From Neoechinorhynchus agilis (Eukaryota > Animalia > Acanthocephala): a DNA stretch of 64,000 nucleotides. The notes below the pieces were generated by a model that saw only the letters and a program-made list of their open reading frames with translations, did no database searches and was not told the DNA's origin. The position numbers and the translations under genes are program-made. Where the stretch lies: contig CM121341.1 in the NCBI GenBank assembly GCA_051530055.1, positions 17,028,784 through 17,092,783 of the forward strand. The letters run 5' to 3'. Below, in pieces: positions 41,891 through 54,276 of this stretch (the first letter of the stretch is position 1; every line of letters starts with the position of its first letter).

Positions 41891-43269
41891 CACTACCAGT
41901 CACAAATAAGGGGAACACTAATACCGTAGTATCTTTTTTAAATAAAGAATCCTGTTGTGAATCAACTAGGGCTCACAATTCCCATAAATTCTATAGAATA
42001 CCAAAATACAGTAAGAAATCAATAAGTAGTCTTATTTTCGGTATGGACGTTAATACAATACGATGGATATAGCTGGTGAGAATACATCATTGATAGTAGG
42101 TATGTGTTTTTATTATGATTTACTATTGGCTTATATTAATAAATGTTGATGACAAACAATTTTTCGTCAATAAAACGTTAAATGCCAAAACAAAATTATA
42201 AGCATACTTCAAAAATGATAGTAGTTTAGAATATTATCAGCTTTTTTGGAAAGCATTTACATTGTCAAAAAGATTAAATAATGCATTAAAGCAGCATTAA
42301 TTCAAATTACCATTCTTTTCCGTAAAAGTAATTTGTCAAAGCACAAGAAAATTTCGACTTATCTATCTAAATCGAATTTACTTCAAAACGGACGTAGAAA
42401 ATTTTGATGGCAAGAGAACTCTCAAAAGTACATTTATAAAATGTATTGGCCAAGGGAACGAAAATCCGTTTTGCGTAACTATCACAGGCGGCCAAGAGGC
42501 CTAATTTGGTGTTTATAACGAAATATTTCAGATATCTAAACTTCGAAAAAAGTCGTGTTGAACCAAGAAACGAAAGACCGCCATTCAAATAAGCAGAAGC
42601 GTTTGTGGTCGTCATCGTTTCTCATGCGTCGACACTATTTACTCAGAATTTCACCGATTTCACAAACATCCACGCAGGCGTTTGCTAATTTGGCACGAAC
42701 GCATTTCTTAGACAGGGTTTAAACGATTTATGGTCTGAATGCAACAAAAAATTGCTCTTGCTAATACCTCGACTAAAATTATTTAGTCTAAAAATATAAC
42801 GTGAAATTTTCAATCGCAGATCCGTCGATTTATGTAAATTGTATATTTAATTTACATTTAAAACTATCAGATATTTGATACTAAAAGTTAGCTAACACTT
42901 TAGTAAACATTTATTTGACGATAATAAAGGCCAAAGATATCAAAGATTCAAGAATAGCCGTTCATTTCTATACCACTACACCAGTTTTCCCAAGCTCTTT
43001 TTTATCGCGGAACATTTAAAGGAATTTATTAAATCCGATATTTTGGCACAATCTCGTGCCTTTGAAGCTTCTAAAAAAATGATTTTGTATAGGTTTTCAG
43101 AACGTTACACGAAGAACAAATTTTTTTAGAGTAAATATTTTTAATAATTTTTTCTGCAATTTTTCTAAGCTATTCAAAAAACATGAAATCATTCACACCA
43201 CAATTTTAATTTGATTATCCCGAAAGATTTTATATCGATCATTAAAAGGCATCGTATTGCTAATTAATA

Positions 43270-43640
43270 TTTGGAAAGAGGGAGCCGCATCTTCAAGTCC
43301 AGAAGATATGAAACCACATTCGATGTAATCTTCTTTGTACCTTCGTTTGATCTACAATTCAGCCCTAAACAATTTAAGAGACACTTAGAAACAAAACACA
43401 AAGGAATACGGTCGAAAACATCAGCACTCAACAAAATAAACGAGCAAAGAAACTTATGAACTACTTAAAGCTGTCAAAAAAGGATTGATTGCAAGTGATT
43501 TTATGAGTTTGGATTTTGAGTACTCACTCAAAAAAAAATTCAAAGAAAAGAGACTTTTTACAATAGACGTTGAAATGCGAATTTGTTTGTTGACTTTATA
43601 TGCCCGATCAGATTTCATTTGCTCTAAAAAAGGGCAATAA
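43270..43640 (+). mobile_element. Degenerate hAT (Buster/Charlie-like) transposase fragment
   Basis: PKQFKRHLETKH resembles the KPSKLKRHLETKH BED-finger end. It is followed in another frame by KGLIASDFMSL..KKK....TI, similar to the ASY.VA..IAK.KKP.TI block. Confidence 0.35.
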
Positions 43641-43867
43641 AAGTTTAATTTTTTTCATGGTGCACTGCGAATTTTTTAAACTTCTTTACTGCACAGAGCC
43701 ATTTACGTAAGAAAAAACGGCACAAATGGCCAAATATTTAATGGCGAACGTTCAATAAAAAAAAGGTAAATGTATTATTTGAAGTTTGCAAACAACAAAC
43801 TACATTAACCTTTACACATATATTTGTTGTTTGTGTACACGTGCCCGCGCACACACCAGACGTACAT

Positions 43868-44953
43868 CTATTTTATACTTTCGATTTCTACTGATGGACG
43901 ATCATTGATTCCCTTCAAATCGAGGATAGCTTCATAGTATTCGGTGATGTATCGATTGGCCATACGAACTTTAATAAGTGAGCATGCATCTGACGGATTC
44001 AAATCGTGGAATCTACAACTGTAAGTGTGGGATAAATGATCATAGGTCAGCATATTGTTTGCGTACGCGAACGTGAAATCACTTGGTTTTGTATCGATAA
44101 CGATTCGACGGATTCGTGGTCCAATAAGCACAAAGGATTGTTGCATTTTCGCCTTGTATATTCGTCTATACATGACTTGCATTAACGCCTCGATGCTGAC
44201 TACATAGAACCAACAAGTTTCTCGTGCATCGGCAGCGAAACTAGACAACACATCGGTACACACTTTCACATTGTCTTCCAAAGTGAACAATATATTATCA
44301 GCGTTTTTAAGGACACTCTCGGCTGTTTTAAAATCAGGAGGTTCTCCTTGATGCATTCGACGACCTAAAACCGTTCTCAAATGAACCCACATATTGGCGT
44401 AGGTTCGTGTTCCTTTCAATTCTCTAAGTTCGTTCATATCAGCTGGAATGTGATGGACCTCTTCTGACTCTTTTGCGTCCGCCACACATCCAGTCGGAAT
44501 CTTACCCGGATCTATAATTGAACACTCGTACTCGCTTTTTGAACCAATTTTGCACAATGCAAACTCGGCAGCTACATGTTTACCCGTAATAGTAATACAA
44601 AATGTCTGAGTAAAAATCAAAAACAAATCAATATCATCGCCATCTATTATACGATCAATAAGACTCTCACATATCTTCACATGCATCTCTTGAAGACTTA
44701 TTGTCTGATCTACAAAATCAATTGCTTGTCCTATTTGTTGACCCATCGAATTAATACCTGGATTGCTACGACGGTTCTCTTCGCGCCACTTCTTCGCTTT
44801 CGTTTCGTATTTCGCTCGTTCTTCGACACTAAGACTCTTAAATTGTCCACAAGAACAATCAATGGCTTCCTTTATTGTCATATTACCACCAATACGCCGA
44901 CGGTAGTCCAATGCGTAAAAATATAGAGCTGATCTTTGAGGTCTTTTAGGCAT
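43868..44953 (-). CDS. mael: Maelstrom (HMG box plus MAEL domain), intronless
   Basis: N-terminal HMG-like RSALYFYA.DY...FKSLS.EERAKYE..AK.W. The MAEL block is F..TFC....HVAAEFAL..IIDPG.IP.G..A.A..SE..H.IP, and the C-terminal CRFHD....ACSL.KV supplies the E-C-H-C zinc ligands. Confidence 0.85.
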   Translation of the reverse strand: MPKRPQRSALYFYALDYRRRIGGNMTIKEAIDCSCGQFKSLSVEERAKYETKAKKWREENRRSNPGINSMGQQIGQAIDFVDQTISLQEMHVKICESLIDRIIDGDDIDLFLIFTQTFCITITGKHVAAEFALCKIGSKSEYECSIIDPGKIPTGCVADAKESEEVHHIPADMNELRELKGTRTYANMWVHLRTVLGRRMHQGEPPDFKTAESVLKNADNILFTLEDNVKVCTDVLSSFAADARETCWFYVVSIEALMQVMYRRIYKAKMQQSFVLIGPRIRRIVIDTKPSDFTFAYANNMLTYDHLSHTYSCRFHDLNPSDACSLIKVRMANRYITEYYEAILDLKGINDRPSVEIESIK

Positions 44954-45241
44954 TTTCAATTATCTGAAAAACGAAAACATTTGATTAGCAAAAACATTTT
45001 TTCGTACTAAATAAACTTCACAGGTTTAAACAAGTTAAAAACTGTAGAAAAAACTACATCACAACAACAAAAAATTAAATCAAAGCGAATAAAATTCGAC
45101 GTTATAGAAAAAACATATCGGCTATATCTGAAAGAATTCTAAAAATAGAGCGTGTATTTAAATTTCGGCAAAATGCTTTAAATGGTCTTTAACTTTTTTG
45201 GAATTCATGTGTATAAAATTAAAGATTTTTTAGATACAAGG

Positions 45242-45334
45242 GATGGTGCCTTCCTGCGTCAAAACATTGGTCTCGCAATTCAAAGAGGAAACGCAGCGAG
45301 TGTGGTCGCGACCACTGAGGGGAGCTCTTCTTAG
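45242..45334 (+). mobile_element. CRE-clade 3' end fragment
   Basis: Reads DGAFLRQNIGLAIQRGNAASVVATTEGSSS*. Confidence 0.8.
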
Positions 45335-45399
45335 AGGACGGCGGTGATTGTTGAAACGTGTTGTTGTGTTTGTCGATATTTTTTCTATATATTTGATAC

Positions 45400-45625
45400 C
45401 TATTATAAATGGATCACTCAGCTGCAGTCCTGGTGTAACGGTCGAAAGGACAGATGCAGCGTTCCCTCGTTTCACAGCCAGACTTTTGTTTTGTAGGAGG
45501 AATGCTCTTACCCTCAGATCGCCAATGATTCGTCTCAATCTCCTAGACAATTGTTTTATCAAGTCCTGCCCCGCGGTACGAAACGACCCGAGTGTTTCGA
45601 CACCAAAGGGAGCAAAACAATGATT
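45400..45625 (-). mobile_element. CRE-clade 3' end fragment (different subfamily)
   Basis: Reads CFAPFGVETLGSFRTAGQDLIKQLSRRLRRIIGDLRVRAFLLQNKSLAVKRGNAASVLSTV. Confidence 0.8.
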
Positions 45626-45949
45626 TCGACTCAGGTCCCTGTATTTTGTCCTTAATTTTTTTCGGAAGAATTTTGAAGCAGATTAAGGCTCAAGTGAAAT
45701 TAGCCAATCATGTTATGTAAAAAGTTTATATTATTCGTAGATTATGATGATAAGAATTGTACAATTTTTTTGGCATACGTTTATCCAATAGTATTACGAC
45801 AGGTCACTGTTTCCGTGCGTTAATTTGACAATAAATTTATTACATATATATTATTTTTGCCCACGACATCGTTCTCTCCAGATATAATTCCCAGGATCTC
45901 AACAATGACCTAGAGAAGTGGAGGGAAGCTCTGGAAAGTTAAGGTCTAA

Positions 45950-46460
45950 AAATTTCCAGGGAGAAATTAGTCTACGTAGGAACTGAAAGCATTTTCCTTC
46001 ACGAGACACAGCTGCAGAAATCCGACAAATTCAAGTACCTCGGCTCTAGTGTCGATGCAAAAAACGATATCACCGATGAGATTTCATCGAGCAAAGTACC
46101 TTTGGTTTTGAAAGGCAGTATTCAATATGGCAATCAGACCAACCATGTTATATGGGGCGGAGACATGGAACACCACTGCCAATCACATCAAGCGAATACA
46201 GGGGAACCGAAATGAACATGATGAGGTGGATGTGTGAAATGACCCGGTCCGTGGCTCAGCGAAGGTGGAGGACGTGAAGGAAGCTATCGCGAAACGAAGT
46301 ATCAAATGGAGCGATATGGTGAAAGGTGAAGGGCCGAATAGATTTATTCGAAAAGTTGAGGAAATGGAAATCGAAGGGAGCGCGGAAGGCGCGGAAGGCC
46401 GAGAAAACGATGGAAAGATTGTGTGGCTGGGGATCGACTTTTGAGAGGAACGGGCCTGGA
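45950..46460 (+). mobile_element. RTE-clade LINE C-terminal fragment, decayed
   Basis: Across frameshifts: FKYLGS.V....I.DEI, IRPTMLYGAETW, EMNMMRWM, and G.RGRPRKRWKDCV. Confidence 0.75.
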
Positions 46461-47157
46461 GAAGTGTGTGAAGTCTTAGTACTGCAAGTTTTTACGCGAC
46501 CTTGAGAAGGGAAAAGCATGAAGAAAGTTGTTGTTGTCTTATATATATTATTTTTAGAATCTGCAATGTCTCGAAGGAAGTAATCGTCAAAAAACTTAAT
46601 TTTATTTTTTTACCCGAAAAATTGTGCGTAACGATTTTTATTTATCTACGAAATTTTAGCACACAAAACCGAATGTGAACGACATTAATGGTTGGTGTCT
46701 AAAATTATCACAGTTTCGTGTGGTCTTAATATTTTGTCCTGATAAAATGTAGCCAGTAGACGCAAATTAATTCGTCGATTAATTATAGGATTCGCGAAAA
46801 TCATGTGAATTTAGGTCTCTACATAAAAATGTTTCTATTTACAAACTGTATAAAGGGAAATTTACCCTTTGTTAGAAACATTTTGAACTGTTGAATAATT
46901 TTCATCGATAATAGTCTGTAACACGAGCTTGTGAATTCTCCTTTGAAATGTTCTATAATTAAAACTTACAACTAACATTAAAGAAACGTTTTAGTTTCGA
47001 AAAGTTAAATTAATTTTTACCGTTTTTGATTGGTTTTCGCATAAAAATGCTAATTAAATACTTCATTTTATAAATTCGCACACCTTGACTTTTCCAACAA
47101 AATAATAAAGGTTTAATATATGAATGAATATCTGGATTAAATCGCTATTTGGATAAA

Positions 47158-47715
47158 TTAGCGTAGCTTGGCAATTTGGTGATTGATCAAGCCTCGAAAA
47201 ACACGATTAAATATTGAAAGGTAATACCTAAATCCACGATATGACTTCTTTTGCTTATTTCTTTTAGTTGATGATATCGCTCCATTTTTTAGTATATTTG
47301 TACTGTCTGGAATCACATTATCGTATCTGAAGCATTTTCTTCGAATAATTCGACCAGTTTCAAGATTTTCTGCATACTTTTGATTGGTTCCCCGCATATT
47401 ATTTGTATTACAAGCATTTCGAGATGATTTGTTGGTCTTTTCGTTTGAAAACTTAGAATCTCCGTTTGAACTACATTTGTTCCAATATTTTTCTAGTTCA
47501 ATCTCCTTGAGTATGACCAAATAATCTAATTCCGTGAGCTCATTATGATTTTCCTTTGGTAGGAGTCGTTTTTCTAAATCATTAATTTCCTGATGCCAAA
47601 TGGAAGTGAGCAAAATTGGGTTCGCCCCTTCCTCGTCAAGTTGTTCAAGGCATTTGAGTGTAATTTCGGTTGAGATATTAGCGAACAACTTTTGAGCAAG
47701 GGCATCATTAGACAT
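47158..47715 (-). CDS. Hypothetical protein, 185 aa, no recognised domain
   Basis: ATG-started ORF, long for this AT content, with an acidic helical N-terminal half and a basic C-terminus. Confidence 0.5.
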   Translation of the reverse strand: MSNDALAQKLFANISTEITLKCLEQLDEEGANPILLTSIWHQEINDLEKRLLPKENHNELTELDYLVILKEIELEKYWNKCSSNGDSKFSNEKTNKSSRNACNTNNMRGTNQKYAENLETGRIIRRKCFRYDNVIPDSTNILKNGAISSTKRNKQKKSYRGFRYYLSIFNRVFRGLINHQIAKLR

Positions 47716-48827
47716 TTAGAATAGGTTTTGGTGATACCCAAAACGGTGAAAAGAGTATACCATCATATGGTTTAAAGAATATATGGCCCAGAAACAAATT
47801 TAGATTGTTTGCTTGTTTGTGGATGGTATTTTGAACATTCTTTGAGATTTGATAAGTGTTGGTAAGCACGACTGCATTGTGGTAAAATGCTGTTTTTGTT
47901 TGACATTACTAATTGTTCCGAACGAAAAGACATTTACAACGAGACGACTAAAATTTTTCGGAAATGCTTGTTTATTGTTGACGGCGCTCATGCCAATTTT
48001 CAAGTTCATCCACATAGTCTGACGATCTTAAAATATCATTGGCGATATCAAAAACTGATATTCTCCTGGCGATCTTACAATGGAAAATCAAGGGAAACTA
48101 ATTTGCTTTGAGATAACTTTTTGCGATTTTAGGATTTATCCGAACTCGATAGAAGCAAATTACAATGAGTGGGAAAACGACAAAATATGGCCACGAATCA
48201 GTTTTTCCTATTAATATTTGCCAAGAAATATAGATCAAAACGAATCTTATTCAGTTGCATCATTGTTGACAAAATGACAAGTGGATTTTTTATTTTTTTC
48301 AAGATATTTTTAGAGAACGTATAACGAGGTTCTCAACTCCTATTAATTCCTTGTCTAATATGGAATATATTACACTGTTTAGCTGTTTCCGGAATGATAT
48401 AATCATCAACTCACTTTATTTTACCAGAAATCAACGATAGTCAAACTTAAATCAAATATTTTGAGAACTCGTTGCATAATATTTTCTTGTGAGTTTTTAG
48501 TCTTTAGCTACCTTTTTAGATTTATACTCAAAACTTCGTTTTGATAACGAACTAAAATAAATTGCGAACACGCAAGTTTCGAGTCAAAATCTAAAGTTCA
48601 TTCAAAAGAGAAAATCTGTAAAATGCCTTGGGGAAATATTTTTATTTTAAAAATCATGCCTGTAATTTCAATTTTTACAGTTTTGAAAAAGGGATATTTT
48701 TTCTTGGCATAAGTATTAACGAATGAAAAAGACGTTTCGCATAGAATGTTCCTTGATCCAAGCCCAACGCTAAAACTTAAATATAAGATATTTAGGATAA
48801 CGTCAAAAGCCAATTTAAGAAACAAGC

Positions 48828-49127
48828 TTATGATTGTTCAGATTCCGCACTGACGTTCAGAACTTCATCATCGAATTGTCCAGGTTTCTTACGATGATGA
48901 TCCCTATTGGCTTTACGTGCCCATTTAATCAGTCCAAAAATAAACAGCCCCGGAAGGATAAACCACGGTGCTTCTCGTTTTATCCATCTCCAATTATTGG
49001 GAACACCGCGTTTAAAGAAATCCTTGTAAGGATTGATTTCATAGGGGGATAGAGTGTACTGAACACGACCTCGGTTGTGGCCCAATTTGCCGAATCGCAT
49101 TGAACGAGCTATCTGGGCAATTCGCAT
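48828..49127 (-). CDS. UQCRQ: Cytochrome b-c1 complex subunit 8 (QCR8), intronless
   Basis: FGKLG..RG.VQYTLSPYE.NP...F.RG.PN.WR, one TM segment, and a C-terminal RK.PG.FDDE. The start could be 49127 or 49100. Confidence 0.9.
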   Translation of the reverse strand: MRIAQIARSMRFGKLGHNRGRVQYTLSPYEINPYKDFFKRGVPNNWRWIKREAPWFILPGLFIFGLIKWARKANRDHHRKKPGQFDDEVLNVSAESEQS

Positions 49128-50857
49128 TTTGTTATTTCGATGAGTTTCAATTGGTTAAAAAAGAATACAAAAGATTCCTGTCTTTCGAAGGAAAATGACG
49201 CTTATTCCGCATATCGATTGATCACCGTGATCACTTGGACAATACAATATCATTATTTTGGTCGGTCCTTGACGCCCGAGAAAGATTACATTCGTCTTTA
49301 ACGGGATCCCTCTGGGGTGTTGATAATCTATCAAAATAATAACATATCTAACCATCCGGTTGTAATCCTCAATTGAACAATATTAGGAAACGGTCAATTG
49401 AGAGTTTATCGATTTACATTAATGATGTATCGAGTGATTTTTTGATGAACGCTCAAAATGGATATTCTACTGATTGTGACAGGTAATCCTGAAATCATCT
49501 TAATTTCCTTTGGACACTAAGATCCACTTGCAAGCAGCATCCAACAAACATACATCGTTTTTAAATTTAATTGGAAGGAAATTCACTTATTGATGACGGC
49601 CTGTAAAGTACTTGTTCAAATCTTTGTTTTATTTCCGCCCAATTAATCGCCATGTGAAAGTATTCATTTTCCCATTTAAAGCTGGGAAGATGCTTCCATT
49701 GCTATAGGACTTTTGACGGAGCCATTTAGATTTAAAGTTGGATCTTGAAGCTTTCGAGGCACCTTCCCAGCCTTAAGTTCAGTAATGTCTGAAGCTAAAA
49801 AGTTAAAACACTAAGTGTCTCGATAGTCACACTATAAGATTCTTAGTGTAAATAGCTGCTCGCTGACTTTCAATCTACTGAATTACCACCTCGATCGGTG
49901 ATTTTCAAACTTTGGGTCACGACCCCACTTGGAGCTTTTCCGTTATTATCGTTCGTAGTACTAATTTCTTCATTAAAAATGGTGCATAGCAGCTTTCGAC
50001 GGCATTTTTCTATACACGGAAAATATCACTACATTATGCTGAATTTTAAAAGTAGATTCAATATTGTCCAATTGCCTAATTATGGAAAATAAAATAAGAT
50101 ACTTTACTCTGTATATTGTGCTTCTTTTATCGCTGTTGTGTACCTTGGTTTTTTAAGGTTGGGTCGTGCGTCATCATCGGATATCAAGTTTGGGTCGTGA
50201 CCACAAAAAGGTTGAATTTTTTTACCTTGGATGCTGTAGATTCATCGGTAAAATAAGAGATTCGGATCGATCATTTCCTGTAGAAACTGTGTATTAGTAG
50301 CAGTGAAGGAGAAAATCGCGAAGGCGCAATCTAGAATTCATTTTCTGCATTTACTTAAAGGTTTCTCGAATCTCAGATTTTTGATTCGCACGAATTTGAT
50401 AATTGCGTTTCAGATTTTGGATCTTTTCGAAAACGCGTTTTTTCTCAGTATTAATGAAATAATTTGGCATGCGTCTCCAACCCTTTGCGTATGATTAAAT
50501 ATCGTTTAAGTTTGCAGATTTTATAACCCTAGCATTGTCGATTGTTAAATACGATTTAATGAACAGGATATTGTACAAAGAGTTGCGATATGTATACTTT
50601 CCTTGAATTAACAGTCGCAATATCGGAGTTATCTCACACATTCTTAAAGTTATAAAATCCATTCCGCCTCCCACCCTATCAGAATAAACCGCAAATAATC
50701 GTTTTTCATTAGGGTGAGTAAATCGTGAACTATCTCGCTTTTACAAGCCAAAACCTAAAAAATCAATTCGGCTTATGATTGCGAAGTTTATATTATTGCA
50801 CCTCTTAACATCGTTCACTCTCTCGTTATTTACATTTTCGTCGCAGTCAACGATCTA

Positions 50858-52291
50858 TTAGTGATACTGGCGGACTGGTCCACTGCCGTTTTGGGCATGA
50901 TAATTGCGTAAATAATCAGGTATAGGAGGAGCTGTTGCTTCGGTTGTCGACTGCGTTTCCAAAGAAGATGCGTTGCTTTGGCGATACTCGCTTTCAAAAC
51001 CATTCAGGCCCATATCAAAGGATACCGAAGGAGATAGGCTCATTCCTTGATCCAATAACGACTGTTGTTCAATCGCATCAATGTCTTCTTCAGTACAAGT
51101 GAGGAAATTGAGTATACTTTCGCAATAGTTGGAAAAAGTAGGCAGATCGTTATGGTCACCATCTTCGAACTCCGTCACTTGTTTCCTTCTTGAATTCATA
51201 CTGAGTGCCATTAATGTCATGGTCATTCCATAAGGGACGACTTTGTCTCGTCGTCCTACCAAATAAAGAAGGGGACAAATAACTGAACTGACTTTTTCTT
51301 TTAAATCGAACATCGGCGACATGGTTGGGGTACCTAGAAGATCAATAACCGATTTCGCCCAATCAGGAGAGTAGATCCTCGTTAAGTCTTGTACACTTGT
51401 AAAGCAATTCTCTATAATAGCGGCTTCCGTTAGTGCTGAATTATCTTCCTGGCTAACTAAGTGAAGAGCGATTGCCCCACCGAGACTTGTGCCCATCACA
51501 AGAAGTTTCTGTTTCGTTAGATCTGGTCTACTTGCTCGTCTCGCTACTAAATAGTCAAAACCAGCCTGAGCATCTAAATAAACTCCAAGCTCAGTTGGAG
51601 TTCCGGAACTAAGACCAAATCCTCGATAATCTATCATTAAAACATCAGCTCTTAGTTGAATATGTAGTAGTTTCGCGACGTCTACTCGATATCCAATATT
51701 TCCAGAAGCTCCATGCAGATACAGAATGCCGTACTCGGCTGACTCATTTCTCTGCCCGAACATGTAACTGTGGAGATACTCAGAATCACTTGTTTTTATA
51801 AAAAATTCTTGAATGCTGCTGTATTTTGGTTTGTTGTAATTGTGAGTGCCGATTGGACGATCGTTGGCGAAAACATATCGTCCGATAACTCCTCTTGACA
51901 TTGATGTTGGTAGAATTCCTCGAAGGTATCTCCCCGTTCTGCGACTTTTATAATTTGAGCAAAATGCGTCTTGGCTCGCGAATGCAGCGCGAGTGACTCT
52001 GTGATGATATTCAATGTCACGATCGCCGTGTTCCGGATGGTAACGCTTTCGTAGTTCACGTGAGTTGTAGACTCGTAGCTCAGGACCGACGGAAGTTGCC
52101 TGCCGGGTATAGCCTGTGCCGGGAATATGGTGGGAATCACTGGATTGGTGAGTTTGAATCGATGATGCCAATGATGGTCTGTCGGATTCGGCTTCTCTGA
52201 ATGCACATTCGGCGGGTCGGTTCGCAACACGCTTTCGTTTCCGTCTCGTAACACAAGCACAAAACAAATTTGAAGATAGAAAGTCGTTCAT
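50858..52291 (-). CDS. ABHD13-like alpha/beta hydrolase with a long N-terminal extension, intronless
   Basis: LYLHGASGNIGYR, DYRGFGLSSG.PTE.G.Y.DAQA, nucleophile GTSLGGA, ENCFTS, LVG..D.VVP and GDHND (Ser-Asp-His triad intact). Confidence 0.85.
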   Translation of the reverse strand: MNDFLSSNLFCACVTRRKRKRVANRPAECAFREAESDRPSLASSIQTHQSSDSHHIPGTGYTRQATSVGPELRVYNSRELRKRYHPEHGDRDIEYHHRVTRAAFASQDAFCSNYKSRRTGRYLRGILPTSMSRGVIGRYVFANDRPIGTHNYNKPKYSSIQEFFIKTSDSEYLHSYMFGQRNESAEYGILYLHGASGNIGYRVDVAKLLHIQLRADVLMIDYRGFGLSSGTPTELGVYLDAQAGFDYLVARRASRPDLTKQKLLVMGTSLGGAIALHLVSQEDNSALTEAAIIENCFTSVQDLTRIYSPDWAKSVIDLLGTPTMSPMFDLKEKVSSVICPLLYLVGRRDKVVPYGMTMTLMALSMNSRRKQVTEFEDGDHNDLPTFSNYCESILNFLTCTEEDIDAIEQQSLLDQGMSLSPSVSFDMGLNGFESEYRQSNASSLETQSTTEATAPPIPDYLRNYHAQNGSGPVRQYH

Positions 52292-54011
52292 CGTTTAGAT
52301 AGCTGTCGATGAAGACGATCTGAAACGAAATAGCGGCTTATATTGTCGCTCTCGAAAGTCACGGGGTATTATTTTAGACTTTTGTGATGATGAAAAGTAT
52401 CGTGTTTGTGTGGGGTTGTTTTTAGTAGGCGTTGAACGAGCGACAAGTTTTTAGTGAGGTTTCTTAAGCTACGTACGAAAATCTTCATGGAAGGGCGACG
52501 GGGATATGAAGGCAATAATCGAATTTTAGGCGACCAGGTATTACTGTAAATCTGCATTCCATAATTTGAAGCATTTGAGTGTTTCTTCAATGTCACAATA
52601 TACGTTTTTTAAAAAACGATGTAGAAGTAACGATTTCTTCTATGTGATGATTCCGAATCCACCATTAGAAAAATGAGAGGCACATAGATGAACAATCAAA
52701 CGATATTTTTGAGTGTAATACATCATTAAAAATCAAACCTGCGTACAAATGTTGTGATTTATCGGTTTAAATTTAAAAGTGTTCCGGATTTGGCCTAGTA
52801 GCGTCTTTATAAATATCGGAAATTCAAAATTTCAATTGATCACCACAGATTTTAGACCCAACAAGTCTTCGTTCAATCCTTTATGAACACTATAACTCAT
52901 TGAATAAGGTACTATATTAAACCAAAGCAACCTTTTCGTCGTCGGCCGAAATGTCAAACAAAGGATAATACGGTAGTTAGATCTTGGACCTTTATCTATT
53001 CTAGCAAACTCTAATGCATATAAAAAGACTGCATTTTTCTGCGTATTTAGAGCGCTATGGGTTCCTTTCGGTCTGTTGGAAATGAAAAAGAGGAATTTCT
53101 CGAAAATAACCAAGACCTTCTTCATTAAGAGAAAACCCACGACCAAACGAGCGTGTAGAATATTAATCACACCAGTACTTAAGTCATCGGAATGCTGTTT
53201 ATCCAATCAGAGCGTCCGGGGCCTTCGCCAGGCATATGTCCCATTAATCAAAGCGCATGGCATCCTGGGAGAAAATGTGACATTAGGAAAAAGGATGTGT
53301 AAATACCTAAGAAGGCGACATCTTTGTCTTTTCGCAAGCGGATAGATATTCGGTTTAGTACGTTTTAAGAATTAAAGAGACAATTTACAAGGTTAAAACA
53401 GAAATCTACCGAGTAAGAGGGTTTTAGGTAGACAAGTGAAGACGTGCTCCCTCTTTCTTGACAGGCTTTCGCTTTGTAATCAAGTTATAGACGGGTCAAA
53501 CGAGAGTAAAAGCGATAGAAATGTTGAAACCTATAAATCACTGATTTCAATTAAAAGGTTCTGGTGAGAAGATTTAAATACGAAGTGGAAGATGGTGATT
53601 ATCGAGAGAAAAAAACAGTGGAGAATCGATATAAAACTCAGCTAGAACCTGCAGCTTTTGGAAATGTCGTCTGTCTAACTAACCTCTGGCCCAGTCTGTC
53701 AAGATTATAGTGGTGATATCATATTCGGCAGGCAGTTTGGAATCACAGAGTCCGATTGCAGGCAAGCAAAAGAAGTCCAGTGCACTCTAAAAGAGAATGC
53801 GTCGTTAAAGCAGCTTGAAAGATGGTAACCCTCTGGCACGACAGAAACGGATATGGGACCAGTGTCCCTTTTATAAGCCGTTTAGCAGTAGTGAATCCGC
53901 GTAGCCCGTTAGATTCCATCCTTTACAAGCAATCGAATTGATAAATTTAGAATTGTGGTGAAGACACTCATGGTTAAAATGTATTTTAGAATTGTGGTGA
54001 GTGTTTTTCGC

Positions 54012-54276
54012 TTATTTGAAATATTTCGAAAGAGGTAAGCTCGCCCCATCAGTCATACCGCAATTCTAATGTGATTTTCCCCGAAGAAAGAGTAAAACTT
54101 CGAAATATCGGTCATTAATAAACATTTGTTTCAACCGCGGAAATTGCTTAAATAACAACAATTGAAACGATAACATGCGGTTGAGAAATCAGTCGACAAT
54201 CCACCAACTGATCTTTAAGAAGTATTTTATTGCTAAGAAATATTTCGAAAGAGGAAGCTTCGCCTCATCAGTCATT
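54012..54276. mobile_element. Cluster of three decayed hammerhead-like motifs
   Basis: Minus 54012-54056 (TGACTGATGGGGCGAGC..TTTCGAAATATTTCAAATAA), plus 54079-54120 (CCCCGAAGAAAG..CTTCGAAATATCGG..AATAA) and minus 54224-54276 (TGACTGATGAGGCGAAGC..TTTCGAAATATTTC..AATAAA). Confidence 0.55.

Noticed and set aside
49155-50500. Possible small spliced genes beside UQCRQ
   Set aside because: Candidate exons give short products with early stops and no homology I can identify.
51796-52260. 154-aa alternate-frame ORF overlapping the hydrolase N-terminus
   Set aside because: It starts at a non-ATG codon, has no recognisable motif, and is expected by chance in a GC-richer coding region.
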